A DNA stretch of 36,576 nucleotides from Octopus bimaculoides. Its lineage: Eukaryota. How positions within the stretch are numbered: the first letter of the stretch is position 1; each line of letters begins with the position of its first letter. This document shows, piece by piece, positions 1-11,552 of the stretch. Under the pieces are notes generated by a model that searched no databases, had not been told where the DNA came from, and saw only the letters and a program-made list of their open reading frames with translations. Made by a program: the position numbers and the translations under genes. The stretch spans positions 35,797,584 to 35,834,159 of the forward strand of contig NC_068990.1 in NCBI RefSeq assembly GCF_001194135.2. The letters run 5' to 3'.

Positions 1-24
1 TATATATATGTATATATATGTATA

Positions 25-70
<46 letters not shown>
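1..70. repeat. (TA)n/(TATG) microsatellite
   Basis: Direct reading of tatatatatg units. Confidence 0.95.
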
Positions 71-207
71 GATATGTTCCTATTTCTGGTACGTAACAAC
101 ATCTCGTACCACTCACACACAATTCTACGCGCTAGAGCTGTGTCCCCATATTATACTGAAAGCTAACAATGAATTTCAACCCCTAACACACCTGCAAACC
201 AGAAAAA

Positions 208-609
208 TCAAATTGCTGATCTCTGTTCATTTTTTGTGCACACTACTAGCTGCATGTTGAGTGAGAGAGCAGTACATGCCATCAAAATGACACTGGGGAA
301 AATATACGAAGCCCAGTATACCCACCATGAATACCCGTCCGATAAGGCTATACCAGGCACACGCATCACGACCATATGAGCGCGACATGGTGATATCATA
401 TCAAGATTAACAGCGCATGGCCTTGCAGATGGGGTCCAGTTAGAATTTTCTTCAGGTTGAGCAGCCCATTCTGCTCCAAATGTAGCTGAATAAAGGCTGT
501 TTAAGTATGTTTCCAGAGGTGAATTATGCAAACCCAAAACAATTCCTCTCAACACATGGCTATGATGCTCCCCACTACTTCTACTCATGATCATAGATCC
601 ACATAACAT
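208..609 (-). CDS. Unidentified 133-codon ORF, candidate coding segment with a hydrophobic C-terminal stretch
   Basis: Non-repetitive ORF, visibly more GC-balanced than its flanks. It ends in WWVYWASYIFPSVILMACTALSLNMQLVV. No family recognised and no convincing splice sites. Confidence 0.25.
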   Translation of the reverse strand: MLCGSMIMSRSSGEHHSHVLRGIVLGLHNSPLETYLNSLYSATFGAEWAAQPEENSNWTPSARPCAVNLDMISPCRAHMVVMRVPGIALSDGYSWWVYWASYIFPSVILMACTALSLNMQLVVCTKNEQRSAI

Positions 610-744
610 CAGTTACTAAGGGACACGCTCAACTGGTTACGGTCAAACAACAGAAAGCAAATATGTGGTATTGAGTAGAATATTTACTGTAGCTCATCTT
701 TAATACAAAGACAAAACAACGTACATGATAACATGATAATGACA

Positions 745-957
745 TTGTCTGCCATTTATTCATGGAATGTTTCATATATTTTATGATTATCTTGTTCATC
801 GCTAGTGTTTCTAGGATCCATGTGATGGGTATACTATCAAAAGCCTTTCAGTAATCGATCCAGGCCATCCTTAGATCCTACTTCTGTCTGCGGCTCTCTT
901 CAGTTAGTGCCTTTATTGACAGTATCTGATCTTTACAGCCGTATGAGCCCTTCCAGA
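745..957 (-). mobile_element. Decayed non-LTR retrotransposon RT fragment, R4/Dong/Rex6-like
   Basis: Manual minus-strand translation WKGSYGCKDQILSIKALTEESRRQK*DLRMAWIDY*KAFDSIPITWILETLAMNKIIIKYMKHSMNKWQT matches the GCKDQL...MAWIDYKKAFDSVPHSWI RT motifs typical of R4-clade LINEs. Two in-frame stops. Confidence 0.75.
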
Positions 958-1122
958 GTCAACTAAAATGTGCAAACCTAAAGGTAATAGAGTATAGCTT
1001 CTAAACTAACATAGCCAATGAATTATCTAAAGAAGCATAATATGCTTTTCTGTATCTTTACTTCTTGTGTGCAGATACTGATGTTCATATATGTTCACAT
1101 GCGTAAACTTACAATGCAGCTC

Positions 1123-1123
<1 letters not shown>

Positions 1124-1177
<54 letters not shown>
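1124..1177. repeat. (AAT)n microsatellite
   Basis: Pure taa/aat run. Confidence 0.95.
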
Positions 1178-1468
1178 GTAATATGTAGAATCAAATACTG
1201 CTTGAAAAACTGAGGCAGGAGAGATCCATAGCTCTAAGTGGGATGCAGGAATGTGTATGTGAATGCGTGCAAGTATATGTGTGTGTGTGTGTGTGCGTGT
1301 GTGTGCGAGTGTCGATATACGTAAACATGTGCATCTGTGTGTGTGAGTAAAGTGATGCAGGGTATGCGTACGCGCATGTATGTGCATGCATGTGAATCGG
1401 ACATACATGTGTGTGTGTGTGTGCGAGTATATATACGTATATTTATGAGTGGATATATATAGATATAG

Positions 1469-1503
<35 letters not shown>

Positions 1504-1639
1504 NNNNNNNNNNNNNNNNNNNNNNNNNNNNNNNNNNNNNNNNNNNNNNNNNNNNNNNNNNNNNNNNNNNNNNNNNNNNNNNNNNNNNNNNNNNNNNNNN
1601 NNNNNNNNNNNNNNNNNNNNNNNNNNNNNNNNNNNNNNN
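1504..1639. other. Assembly gap (N run) flanked by (TA)n
   Basis: N characters. Confidence 1.
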
Positions 1640-1670
<31 letters not shown>

Positions 1671-2582
1671 TATATAATACATATACGTATGTATATATTT
1701 ACGTATGCATATACATACTCTATACACACACACATGTAAGTGTTTTCCGAGGCAAGAGGAGAAAGCAAGAGATAACTTTTGCATTTCTTTGAGATGATGT
1801 ATACTTAACATGTAAATAGAGAGCTTATATATTCTAGTACCTCCGTGGAACTAACTTCTACTACAACTTGTGTGAGAAGCATAATACTGAGGTGAATTTA
1901 ATAATAGAGGTAATGATTTGTTTGGACAGTTCCTGAATAGTATTTAATGGAAAACCGTAGCAACTGAGAAATTTCCAAGAAGATTCATTTCTGACGAAGA
2001 AAACTAGGTTAAGTGTTTCGTACTTACATTGAGATAAGTTAGGTCGAGTCAAGGGAAAAGTATATGAATAGAAGAGAATTGTGCTTATGTATGTATATAT
2101 GTTCAGGTATATAAATGCGTGTGTTTATATATGTGTATATATATGCATACACAGAAATATACATACATATGTGCGTGTGTGAGTATACATACATATATAT
2201 ATATGCGCGTACACACATACATATATATATGTACATACCTATATAGACTTAATAGACTTATTGAGAGAAGCAATTATCGTTGCTGTAGATGTTGAGGAGA
2301 GTAAACCGAATCAAAGAGAGCTATATTACTGTGCACACGCATACAAACACACACAAGCACTCACACACACACACATACATCGGCATGCGAACAGTCAGAA
2401 AGTAGCTTTTTTGTAAGGAAGATTTCTCTGCCCCTACTTGAAGACAGCGTTATCAGCCTGCTGAAATAGCGCATTATTAGGCGTGGTATGTAGCTTTCGT
2501 GTCATCGCGCGTCCCTTCGCATGATTCAACAACATTAATATACGAGGACGTTGAAATATATTTCTGCATGCGTGCATACTCT

Positions 2583-2959
2583 CTTTTACTCTTTTACTTG
2601 TTTCAGTCATTTGACTGGGGCCATGCTGGAGCACCACCTGTTTAGGCGAGCAAATCCACCCCATGACCTATTCTTTGTAAGCCTAGTACTTATTCTATGG
2701 TGTCTTTTTGCTGAACCGCTAAGTTACGGGGACGTAAACACACTAGCATCGGTTGTCAAGCGATGTTGGAGGGACAAACACAGACACACAAACACACACA
2801 TACATATATATATATATACATATATACGACGGGCTTCTTTCAGTTTCCGTCTACCAAATCCACTCACAAGGCTTTGGTCGGCCGAAGGTTATAGTAGAAG
2901 ACACTTGCCCAAGGAGCCACGCAGTGGGACTGAACCCGGAACCATGTCGTTGGTAAGCA
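2583..2959 (-). mobile_element. tRNA-derived SINE, family A; head truncated before the A box
   Basis: Collinear and highly similar to 33713-34200. B box GGTTCAGTCCC on the minus strand, internal (CA)/(TA) tract, tail ...ccagcatggccccagtcaaatgactgaaacaagtaaaagagtaaaa. Confidence 0.9.
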
Positions 2960-3967
2960 TGGTCGTGTTGTAATATAAAAGTTGTGCATTAAATATATAT
3001 ATCATGAATATACCAAATAATTCTAACAGTGTCTGGTATTGAATTCAATACTTTGGTTATGGTGGACAGATTTGTTTAATATATGAAGAATCTAAAGCAT
3101 TTAACAAAGTATGTTAAGCATTTCTCCGTTAAATTGGAAATTCGAACATTCATTGACGGCATAAAACATATTCTTCCATAGAGATGAAAACTTGGAAAAC
3201 AGTAGTATAATATGTGACTCATGTGCATTTAATTTTGGATCACTTGATTAATATTTGCAAGGACCTCTTGGTAAAAAGATTCCAAATATGCATGAACCAA
3301 CTCCTTGTTAATTTATCTACTCTCTTAAAAGAATAAAAATATGCATGTGAATCATACGTCTTTGTATCTTAGTAGCACAGTCAGAAAAGGTAACAATAAT
3401 AATCAAATTACTTTTGATATTGATTAAGCTTCAAAGTTCTCATGCAAACTTGAGAGGTGTGCATGTTCCAGTCGTGCGATAAAATGGTAAAAAAAAATCT
3501 TTTTTTTATATAAGAAATGTGTTCTGACTGCCATCCTATACACCATTGAAATATGATCGACCTATAAACACCAAGATATACCACTGGAAAATTTCATTAT
3601 TCCCAAACTCTTTTCATTGAATGGAATTGACAAACTCCAATAACAGCAGTTTCTACGAGTATTAACAATTCTTTCTGTCGTAGATAACATCTTAGTTTCT
3701 TAAACAAAAGAAATATACATTAGGCAATGCAGTGGAGTGAATACATGAAAAAAAAAAACAGAATGGCTAAAGCTGGAAAGTGTCTCAGTATAGGCACGCT
3801 TGCTCGTGGCTAAATTCGAGCCGGACAGCAGCAGCATTGGACACAAATTAGATTTAGTATGAGTTTCCATAGTGCGAGGCACGACCATAATACAAAGCTT
3901 TGACGAAGCGTGGAATTTGGTAGCGATAAATAAACTGATTGCATGTATGCCTCTTCAATGAGCTTGC

Positions 3968-4001
3968 GTGTGTGTGTGTGTGTCTTTCTGTGTGTGTGTG
4001 T

Positions 4002-4046
<45 letters not shown>

Positions 4047-4064
4047 TGTGTGTGTCTGTGTGTG
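3968..4064. repeat. (GT)n microsatellite
   Basis: Direct reading. Confidence 0.95.
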
Positions 4065-5018
4065 CAATAATCAATAAATCAAAAATATTCCACATGAACG
4101 GAAAATCCAGGAAGTGTTCATTAATCGCAGCGTATAAATTATTTTGTTCTTAAGTTCGAAGTTGATTCTCATTGTAATTATTTAATTATTTTATTATTAT
4201 ATTCTAATGTATTTTGGTGATATATGATTGCATTATTATATTTTATTATTTTATTATAATATATGGTTGTATTATTATACATTCATTTGGTTTGGTATTT
4301 TACTTGATGTTATTGTGTGTTATATCAACCCTTTAACTGTACCTCCTTATTTATATCTTCCTATATACTTTTCTTTCACCTTTCTCTTATTCCCTTCCTT
4401 TTCCTTCTCACACTCTATCATCGTTCTATTTTTTTCTTTTTTTTATCTTAATCTGGACATTACCGTTCCCCGTAAACAAGATCTATTTGCGAATATTTCA
4501 TTTGTTTGATACAGCCCAAATTAAATACATTTCTCTCTGCTTAGACAGCCTAATACTTTGTTCCTCATTTGCGTTACCTGTACGGCTTTCCCCCTGTCGT
4601 CGAAATCGATACCATCTTGTTAGATATGCACCTTTCTATATATTGTTGTTAATTCTCTTACTTGCGTCCTTTCTCCAGGCATATCAACATAGTTGCTTTC
4701 TCGCTACGACACTCTCACTGATCGCATTTCTAACTGTCTTTATCCATGAGCAAGCATAATACACCTTTTGAAAATCATGATGAAATGATAGGAATTGGTT
4801 TCCTTCAATAATGCATGAGGTTACATAATCAGTGTTTATATATATTCCAGCATGTTGCATGATTTATCTGCCTTATCTATTATGGAAACAATTGTAACAG
4901 CATAATAAATGTGACACCAAAATATCCACTCTTTTATTTGCTTTATGTTATATGTGTGCGTGTGTGTACGTATATATTTAAAGGTATACATATATATTAT
5001 ATATACGTTTATATATAC

Positions 5019-5054
<36 letters not shown>

Positions 5055-6212
5055 GTATGTGTATAAGTGCATGTATAAGTGTGTACATACATATATACAT
5101 ACATACAGACAGACAGACATACAGACAGATAGATAGATAGACATTTAGATAGATACATGCATATCGGCATAAATAGATATGCATACGTTTCCGTGGATGT
5201 GCAAAAGATTGTGTCGCATAACGATTATATTAATACTTGTAATGTAATGGGAAGTATAGACAGCTGTCTATAGTTCCTTCCTACGTCAGTTAGCCATTAT
5301 ATTCACCCAAAGAGAAACATAAAATCAATATATGGCACCTTTTACTGTAAGTCCTAATTATTGGACCGGAATCTGTGATTAATGAACGAAATACGTTTAT
5401 AATTCGGGGTCATCCACTTTATCATTTGGCTTAATTTGAAATTCACTATCGATTGCTATTTTCTCTTGTTAGGTTATTAAAGCCTTACTTTGGTTCGAAT
5501 GCACCGATACAGACACAAGCGAAATTAGAAGAAAAAAAAGTAGAAATGAAATTTAATATCATACGGCTTTAATAAAGATAGTCAGAATATCTCAATGGAT
5601 AATGTAATTTCTGTATACACATATATTCATGTGGTGAAGACACTCAGGCTTTATGTCGACATTATTCTGTATTTTCTGTTTCTGTCCTTTACAACGTATA
5701 CTACGTCGCAACAACGAATACATTAAAAGTATACTGTAGTGAGGATAACTGTCAATGGTTGACTAAAACAACAGACATTCTAAATTGGAACTCTCAATAT
5801 ACATTCATATACACAGCTGTAAATACATACATACATATAGAAAATCATACATCAACGTATAAAACGCACAAACGTGCACACACATACATATACACACACA
5901 CGGATATATTCATGCATGTATATACGTATATACATATACGTGTGTGTGTAGTTTATTGACCGAGAGGAAAATGGTCCTCTCTACATATGAGTAAAATAAT
6001 ATGAAGAAGCAAATTTTCAAAAGAAAATTTGATACTACGAGCAAACACTTTAAAGACCATCTCTCTCTGAGAGAACAAGTTAATATGCAATGTTCCATCA
6101 TGGGATGGAAATGGCAAATATATACCTGCTACAGTTACATTTCCAGAGAGTGTCATTTTAACACATTATGTCCAATTTTTGGGTTTTCTTTTATCATTAT
6201 TTCTATCATCAT

Positions 6213-6429
6213 AAGGCGGCGAGCTGCCAGAACCGATCGTTACCGCACGACAAAAAATTATTTGTGGCATTTCATCCGACTGTGCGCCCTGAGTTCAGAT
6301 ACTACCGTGGTCGACTTCACTTTTCATCTTTCGGTGTCGATCAAATAAGTACTGTTTAAGCCTTCAGCTCGTTGTAATCAACTTCCTCTCTCACACGAAA
6401 TTACTGCATCAGTGCCAAGACGTGAAACT
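6213..6429 (+). mobile_element. tRNA-derived SINE, family B
   Basis: Head aaggcggcgagctgccagaa, B-box-like ctgagttcagat, core ttttcatctttcggtgtcgatcaaataagtac, tail gtgccaagacgtgaaact. Homologous to 24930-25131 and 25150-25330. Confidence 0.8.
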
Positions 6430-6514
6430 AATACATCTGTTTGTTGTTTGCACACTCGTCTTCGTCTTTTGTTTTTTGTAAATTCTCACTATATATATAT
6501 ATATATATATATAT

Positions 6515-6874
6515 NNNNNNNNNNNNNNNNNNNNNNNNNNNNNNNNNNNNNNNNNNNNNNNNNNNNNNNNNNNNNNNNNNNNNNNNNNNNNNNNNNNNNN
6601 NNNNNNNNNNNNNNNNNNNNNNNNNNNNNNNNNNNNNNNNNNNNNNNNNNNNNNNNNNNNNNNNNNNNNNNNNNNNNNNNNNNNNNNNNNNNNNNNNNNN
6701 NNNNNNNNNNNNNNNNNNNNNNNNNNNNNNNNNNNNNNNNNNNNNNNNNNNNNNNNNNNNNNNNNNNNNNNNNNNNNNNNNNNNNNNNNNNNNNNNNNNN
6801 NNNNNNNNNNNNNNNNNNNNNNNNNNNNNNNNNNNNNNNNNNNNNNNNNNNNNNNNNNNNNNNNNNNNNNNNNN
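6515..6874. other. Assembly gap
   Basis: N characters, with (TA)n on the left and (GA)n shortly to the right. Confidence 1.
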
Positions 6875-6877
6875 TAT

Positions 6878-6917
<40 letters not shown>

Positions 6918-7086
6918 GGGGAGAGAGAGAGGGCAGAAATATCTCATAGAAAGTTAGATGTGAAAGAAGAATGCTCTACGTAGTCAGTAGAGCTGAATGT
7001 TCTTGATAATAAGGTCAACTGGTATATTTAGGGTTAAATTTGTTTTCGAAAACTATTTAATGCCTATCTAACGCTCGGGAGGTGAG

Positions 7087-7123
7087 TACATCTTTTATGT
7101 TTCGAGCCTATGCTCTTCGACAG
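7087..7123 (-). ncRNA. Degenerate hammerhead-ribozyme-like core
   Basis: Minus strand reads CUGUCGA-A-GAGC(AUAG)GCUC-GAA-ACAU(AAAAG)AUGU-A. Stem II and stem III pair perfectly and the cleavage triplet is GUA, but A6 is U, there is an extra A after A9, and no clear stem I. Confidence 0.4.
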
Positions 7124-7216
7124 AAAGGAACACAAAAAGAATACAAGGAGAGAAAATAGAAAAAGGTTTAGTGGCTAACGATCTATCATGGCGAATGACA
7201 AACAGAGGAGTCACGC

Positions 7217-7356
<140 letters not shown>

Positions 7357-7514
7357 GTATATTTCTATGTCATTTATGACTATACACACCCCTTATAATT
7401 TTTCCTTGTATATTATGATATATTTTATATAGTTTATACAATGACACATAAAGGAGCTTTTTAATGAGTACTACCGGATTGCTTGAATCCATATACTGTG
7501 ACTTAAATATATAT

Positions 7515-7522
7515 GCGTGTGT

Positions 7523-7600
<78 letters not shown>
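7515..7600. repeat. (GT)n microsatellite
   Basis: Direct reading. Confidence 0.95.
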
Positions 7601-7601
<1 letters not shown>

Positions 7602-7659
7602 TTAGATTGTGCGTGCATGTGTGTGTATGTATGTGTGCGTGAGCGTGTGCCAGTTTATA

Positions 7660-8248
7660 CGAGGGTGGCTGAAAGGTTCATGGGCTTATTATGAAGGAAT
7701 GACAGAAGAGCTGTGGAATCTTGCATGAGTTAAATTCACCTATTCTTATTAATAACTGCATTATTGTGTTCCAGGTAAACTGAAATCGAACTGCTCAAGA
7801 AAGACTTCAATCATAACTAACCTAGTAGCAAATTCTATTGGAAGGGGACAAAATTTGACACCGGGCTGTTATTGAGAATCAGCAGCAAAATGGGTTTAGC
7901 CCCAACGACGTTCACGTTGACATGGTTGCAACATTAGAGTAAACGTTCCAGTTTCATCAACAGTGCCAAAGTGTATAGATGAATGGAAGAGAGGAAGAGA
8001 GCATTTTGAAGATGAGCGAACGTCTGAATGCCCTGTAACTGCCATCGCCGAAGAAGACATTGATTTTGTTTTCTACATGCTGATGGATGACAGGAACTTG
8101 ACTGTAAATCAGATAGTTAAAGCTATTAGCATATTCGTGAGAGAGCTAAGAATTTCCTGCATAATGGTCTTATGCATGACGAACGTTTCTGCTCGGTGGC
8201 TGCCACCTGACCAAAAGTGCACCAGCCAGATTTCATCACGGGAATATA
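7660..8248 (+). mobile_element. Decayed Tc1/mariner element (irritans/Hsmar2-like): left TIR plus N-terminal transposase
   Basis: TA followed by TIR-like cgagggtggctgaaaggttcatgg. Translation KRGREHFEDE..CPVTA..EEDID.V..M.MDDRNLTVNQI..AISI...MTNVSARWLPPDQK matches the mariner HTH region and WVP linker. Frameshifted and 3'-truncated. Confidence 0.85.
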
Positions 8249-8265
8249 TACAAGATAAATCATTG

Positions 8266-8391
8266 TATATATACGATGGTCTTCTTTCGGTTTCCATCTA
8301 CTATATCCACTCGTAAGTCTTTATTCAGCCCGAGGCTGGTAAACATGTGGTTTGGAAGTAAACTTCTTGCAACACAGACACTCCTACGCCT
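8266..8391 (-). mobile_element. SINE family A 5' half (internally deleted), inverted relative to the adjacent 3' half
   Basis: Minus strand aggcgtaggagtgtctgtgttgcaagaagtttacttccaaaccacatg...agcctcgggctgaataaagacttacgagtggatatagtagatggaaaccgaaagaagaccatcgtatata matches the head and body of 33713-34200. The B-box segment is missing. Confidence 0.8.
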
Positions 8392-8399
8392 ATGCGTAC

Positions 8400-8606
8400 A
8401 TGTTTGTGGTCTCTGTGTGTACTTAGCAGCACTTGACAACCGATGTTAGTTTGTTCACGTCCCCGTAAACTAGCGGTTCGGAGAAAGTGACAGGTAAAAT
8501 AAATACTAGCTTTTAGAATAATAAGCACTGGGTTCCATTCCTTCGACCAAAAGCCTTCAAGGTGACGCCCCAGCATGGTTGCAGTCCAATTACTAACACA
8601 AGTAAA
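8400..8606 (+). mobile_element. SINE family A 3' half with tail
   Basis: cttgacaaccgatgttagtttgttcacgtccccgtaaactagcggttcgg...ccccagcatggttgcagtccaattactaacacaagtaaa matches the 3' module of family A. Confidence 0.8.
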
Positions 8607-9099
8607 TTATGAAGGATAAAACATGGGACGTGTGCGCTTGCATATATAAGTGTGTGTGCATATATATGTGTGTGTTTTGTGTGCACTCTCGAAATTGATG
8701 CGTATTTTAATATTTATACATATGCCCACGTGGGTGGGTGTTCTATTTTCCTGAAGCGACTTATCTGATTGGCTGGTAAATATGCCAGGTTTATATTTGT
8801 TTTAACATTTCTAGTTATATATTGATTATGGGAGTTGCAGTGACCTCCAATTTCCTTGCCCCTTGCCAGCTCTGACCAAATTGATCACCTCATTCCTGAT
8901 GGATCAGCTGACACCAATCTTTTAACATCCGATATGTTGGACAAACTACTCAATATATTTTCTTAATTTACTTCATTCTTGCCATTTTAATTTTATGTCT
9001 TCGTTTCTGTTCTTTAATTTGAATCTTTGATGATTGAAATTAAGTATATTTATTGTACTGCAACAACAACTGCTATCAGAAAGCAACGCATATAATTCG

Positions 9100-9445
9100 T
9101 ACTATATTTTTCACCACACATGAATCTCCACCGCCTCCTCACTACCACCACGATCAACATTTTCACCATTATCACCACGATAATGTCATCAAGACTATCA
9201 CCACCAAAAACACTACCACCACCATCACCCCCCCCCCACTGCTACTATAATCATCATCATAATTATCATCACCCTTCACATGAGGTTCAAACGTCACTCA
9301 CTCAACCGCAGAAACTCTCACTACTAGCAGCAGCTAAACTACTACTACTACTACTACTACAACCAACACGACTAGCACCAAAACTACTACCACTACCAAA
9401 GCCAACCCCATTATTACTACTACTACTCCTACTTATACTAATGAT
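9100..9445. repeat. Cryptic CAC/CAT/ACT trinucleotide low-complexity region
   Basis: Degenerate accacc/atcatc/ctacta runs. Confidence 0.8.
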
Positions 9446-9694
9446 TGCTTACACTTTTATTTCTATTTTAATCTAACGATAGTATTTGCATAATACTCTG
9501 CACGAACACCACTCCGACCACTACTACTGAACGCCACTAACAACACCACTAGTCTAACAACCTCTACTATAATAGTATATTATTCTTTTGAAACTATTCA
9601 CAACGATTGTGTTGTTGGTGACGTTTTATGTTCTCTTCTTTCAAAGTGTAAAATCACTGATGATTGTTTTTGTAGATGGATGCAGAATGGAAAA

Positions 9695-9704
9695 CAAGAA
9701 AGGG

Positions 9705-9747
<43 letters not shown>

Positions 9748-9930
9748 TATAGAGGGGGGGGGGAGAACTAGTTATAAAGAAACGGAGAGAGGGAAAACGA
9801 GTTACAAGAAACGAAAGGGTGAGGGAGAAGAGACACAGACAACGAAAGAAAGAAAGAGAAAGAAAGGAAAAAAGAAAGAAAGAAAGAAAGAACGAAAGAA
9901 AGAAAGAAAGAAATAGAGAGAGAGAAGGTG
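9695..9930. repeat. (GATA)n/(GA)n/(GAAA)n purine-rich repeat cluster
   Basis: Direct reading. Confidence 0.85.
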
Positions 9931-10073
9931 AAAGACAGAGCGGAGTTACAGAGACCTAAATATATTAACAGACACAAAGGTATATGTGTATATGTTTATT
10001 TATACATTACATATATATACATATATACAAACGCACAAAGACACACATACATGCATATATATATATATATATA

Positions 10074-10953
10074 NNNNNNNNNNNNNNNNNNNNNNNNNNN
10101 NNNNNNNNNNNNNNNNNNNNNNNNNNNNNNNNNNNNNNNNNNNNNNNNNNNNNNNNNNNNNNNNNNNNNNNNNNNNNNNNNNNNNNNNNNNNNNNNNNNN
10201 NNNNNNNNNNNNNNNNNNNNNNNNNNNNNNNNNNNNNNNNNNNNNNNNNNNNNNNNNNNNNNNNNNNNNNNNNNNNNNNNNNNNNNNNNNNNNNNNNNNN
10301 NNNNNNNNNNNNNNNNNNNNNNNNNNNNNNNNNNNNNNNNNNNNNNNNNNNNNNNNNNNNNNNNNNNNNNNNNNNNNNNNNNNNNNNNNNNNNNNNNNNN
10401 NNNNNNNNNNNNNNNNNNNNNNNNNNNNNNNNNNNNNNNNNNNNNNNNNNNNNNNNNNNNNNNNNNNNNNNNNNNNNNNNNNNNNNNNNNNNNNNNNNNN
10501 NNNNNNNNNNNNNNNNNNNNNNNNNNNNNNNNNNNNNNNNNNNNNNNNNNNNNNNNNNNNNNNNNNNNNNNNNNNNNNNNNNNNNNNNNNNNNNNNNNNN
10601 NNNNNNNNNNNNNNNNNNNNNNNNNNNNNNNNNNNNNNNNNNNNNNNNNNNNNNNNNNNNNNNNNNNNNNNNNNNNNNNNNNNNNNNNNNNNNNNNNNNN
10701 NNNNNNNNNNNNNNNNNNNNNNNNNNNNNNNNNNNNNNNNNNNNNNNNNNNNNNNNNNNNNNNNNNNNNNNNNNNNNNNNNNNNNNNNNNNNNNNNNNNN
10801 NNNNNNNNNNNNNNNNNNNNNNNNNNNNNNNNNNNNNNNNNNNNNNNNNNNNNNNNNNNNNNNNNNNNNNNNNNNNNNNNNNNNNNNNNNNNNNNNNNNN
10901 NNNNNNNNNNNNNNNNNNNNNNNNNNNNNNNNNNNNNNNNNNNNNNNNNNNNN
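10074..10953. other. Assembly gap
   Basis: N characters flanked by (TA)n. Confidence 1.
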
Positions 10954-11001
10954 ATATATATATATATATACTTTATTTAAAAGCAGCAGAAATATAACAA
11001 A

Positions 11002-11047
11002 AAAAACGTTACTCTGAGTTTCACGTTCCCGTTCATCGGACAGTTTT
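11002..11047 (-). ncRNA. Minimal type I hammerhead ribozyme motif, probably in a Penelope-like repeat end
   Basis: Minus strand reads AAAACUGU-CCGAUGA-ACG(GGAA)CGU-GAA-ACUC(A)GAGU-A^ACGUUUUU. It has the core with U4C, a 3-bp stem II, a palindromic stem III, a GUA cleavage triplet and a stem I with one mismatch. AATAAA (plus 10972-10977) and (TA)n follow downstream. Confidence 0.7.
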
Positions 11048-11272
11048 GTCAGAAATATATATATATATGTGTATGTATGTATGTATGTATGTCTCTATAT
11101 ACGTATGTATATGCAAGTTTGTGCAAGGGGGTGTTCATATAAGTAGGTGCAGCCGTCTCTGTGTGTAATCACACAGGCAAAGACACACACATGCACACAG
11201 ACAGACGTTCATATATATCACTATATATTTGTCGGTACATATTTATATCTATATGTATATACACATGCATAA

Positions 11273-11347
11273 ATATACCCATAAGCTAACGTGTATGCGC
11301 GTGTGTGTATATGTGCGTGTGAATACATACATTCATATATATAAGCA
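11273..11347 (+). repeat. 75-bp segment repeated identically at 12149-12223 across the gap
   Basis: atatacccataagctaacgtgtatgcgcg...atatataagca is present on both sides of the N run. Confidence 0.9.
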
Positions 11348-11414
11348 TATAAATTTGTGTGTGTGTGTATGTATGTCTATATATATATGTAGATATATAT
11401 ACACATCTATATAC

Positions 11415-11446
<32 letters not shown>

Positions 11447-11552
11447 ACATACATGTATAAACGCATGTATGCATGTATATATGTACATATATACATACAC
11501 ACGCACACAAATATATATATACATATATACTTATATATATATATATATATAT

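Noticed and set aside
2539-2565. tatacgaggacgttgaaat, resembling a mariner TIR start
   Set aside because: Too short, with no partner end or internal sequence.
2551-2973. 140-aa ORF
   Set aside because: It lies within SINE family A; the same sequence recurs at 33713-34200.
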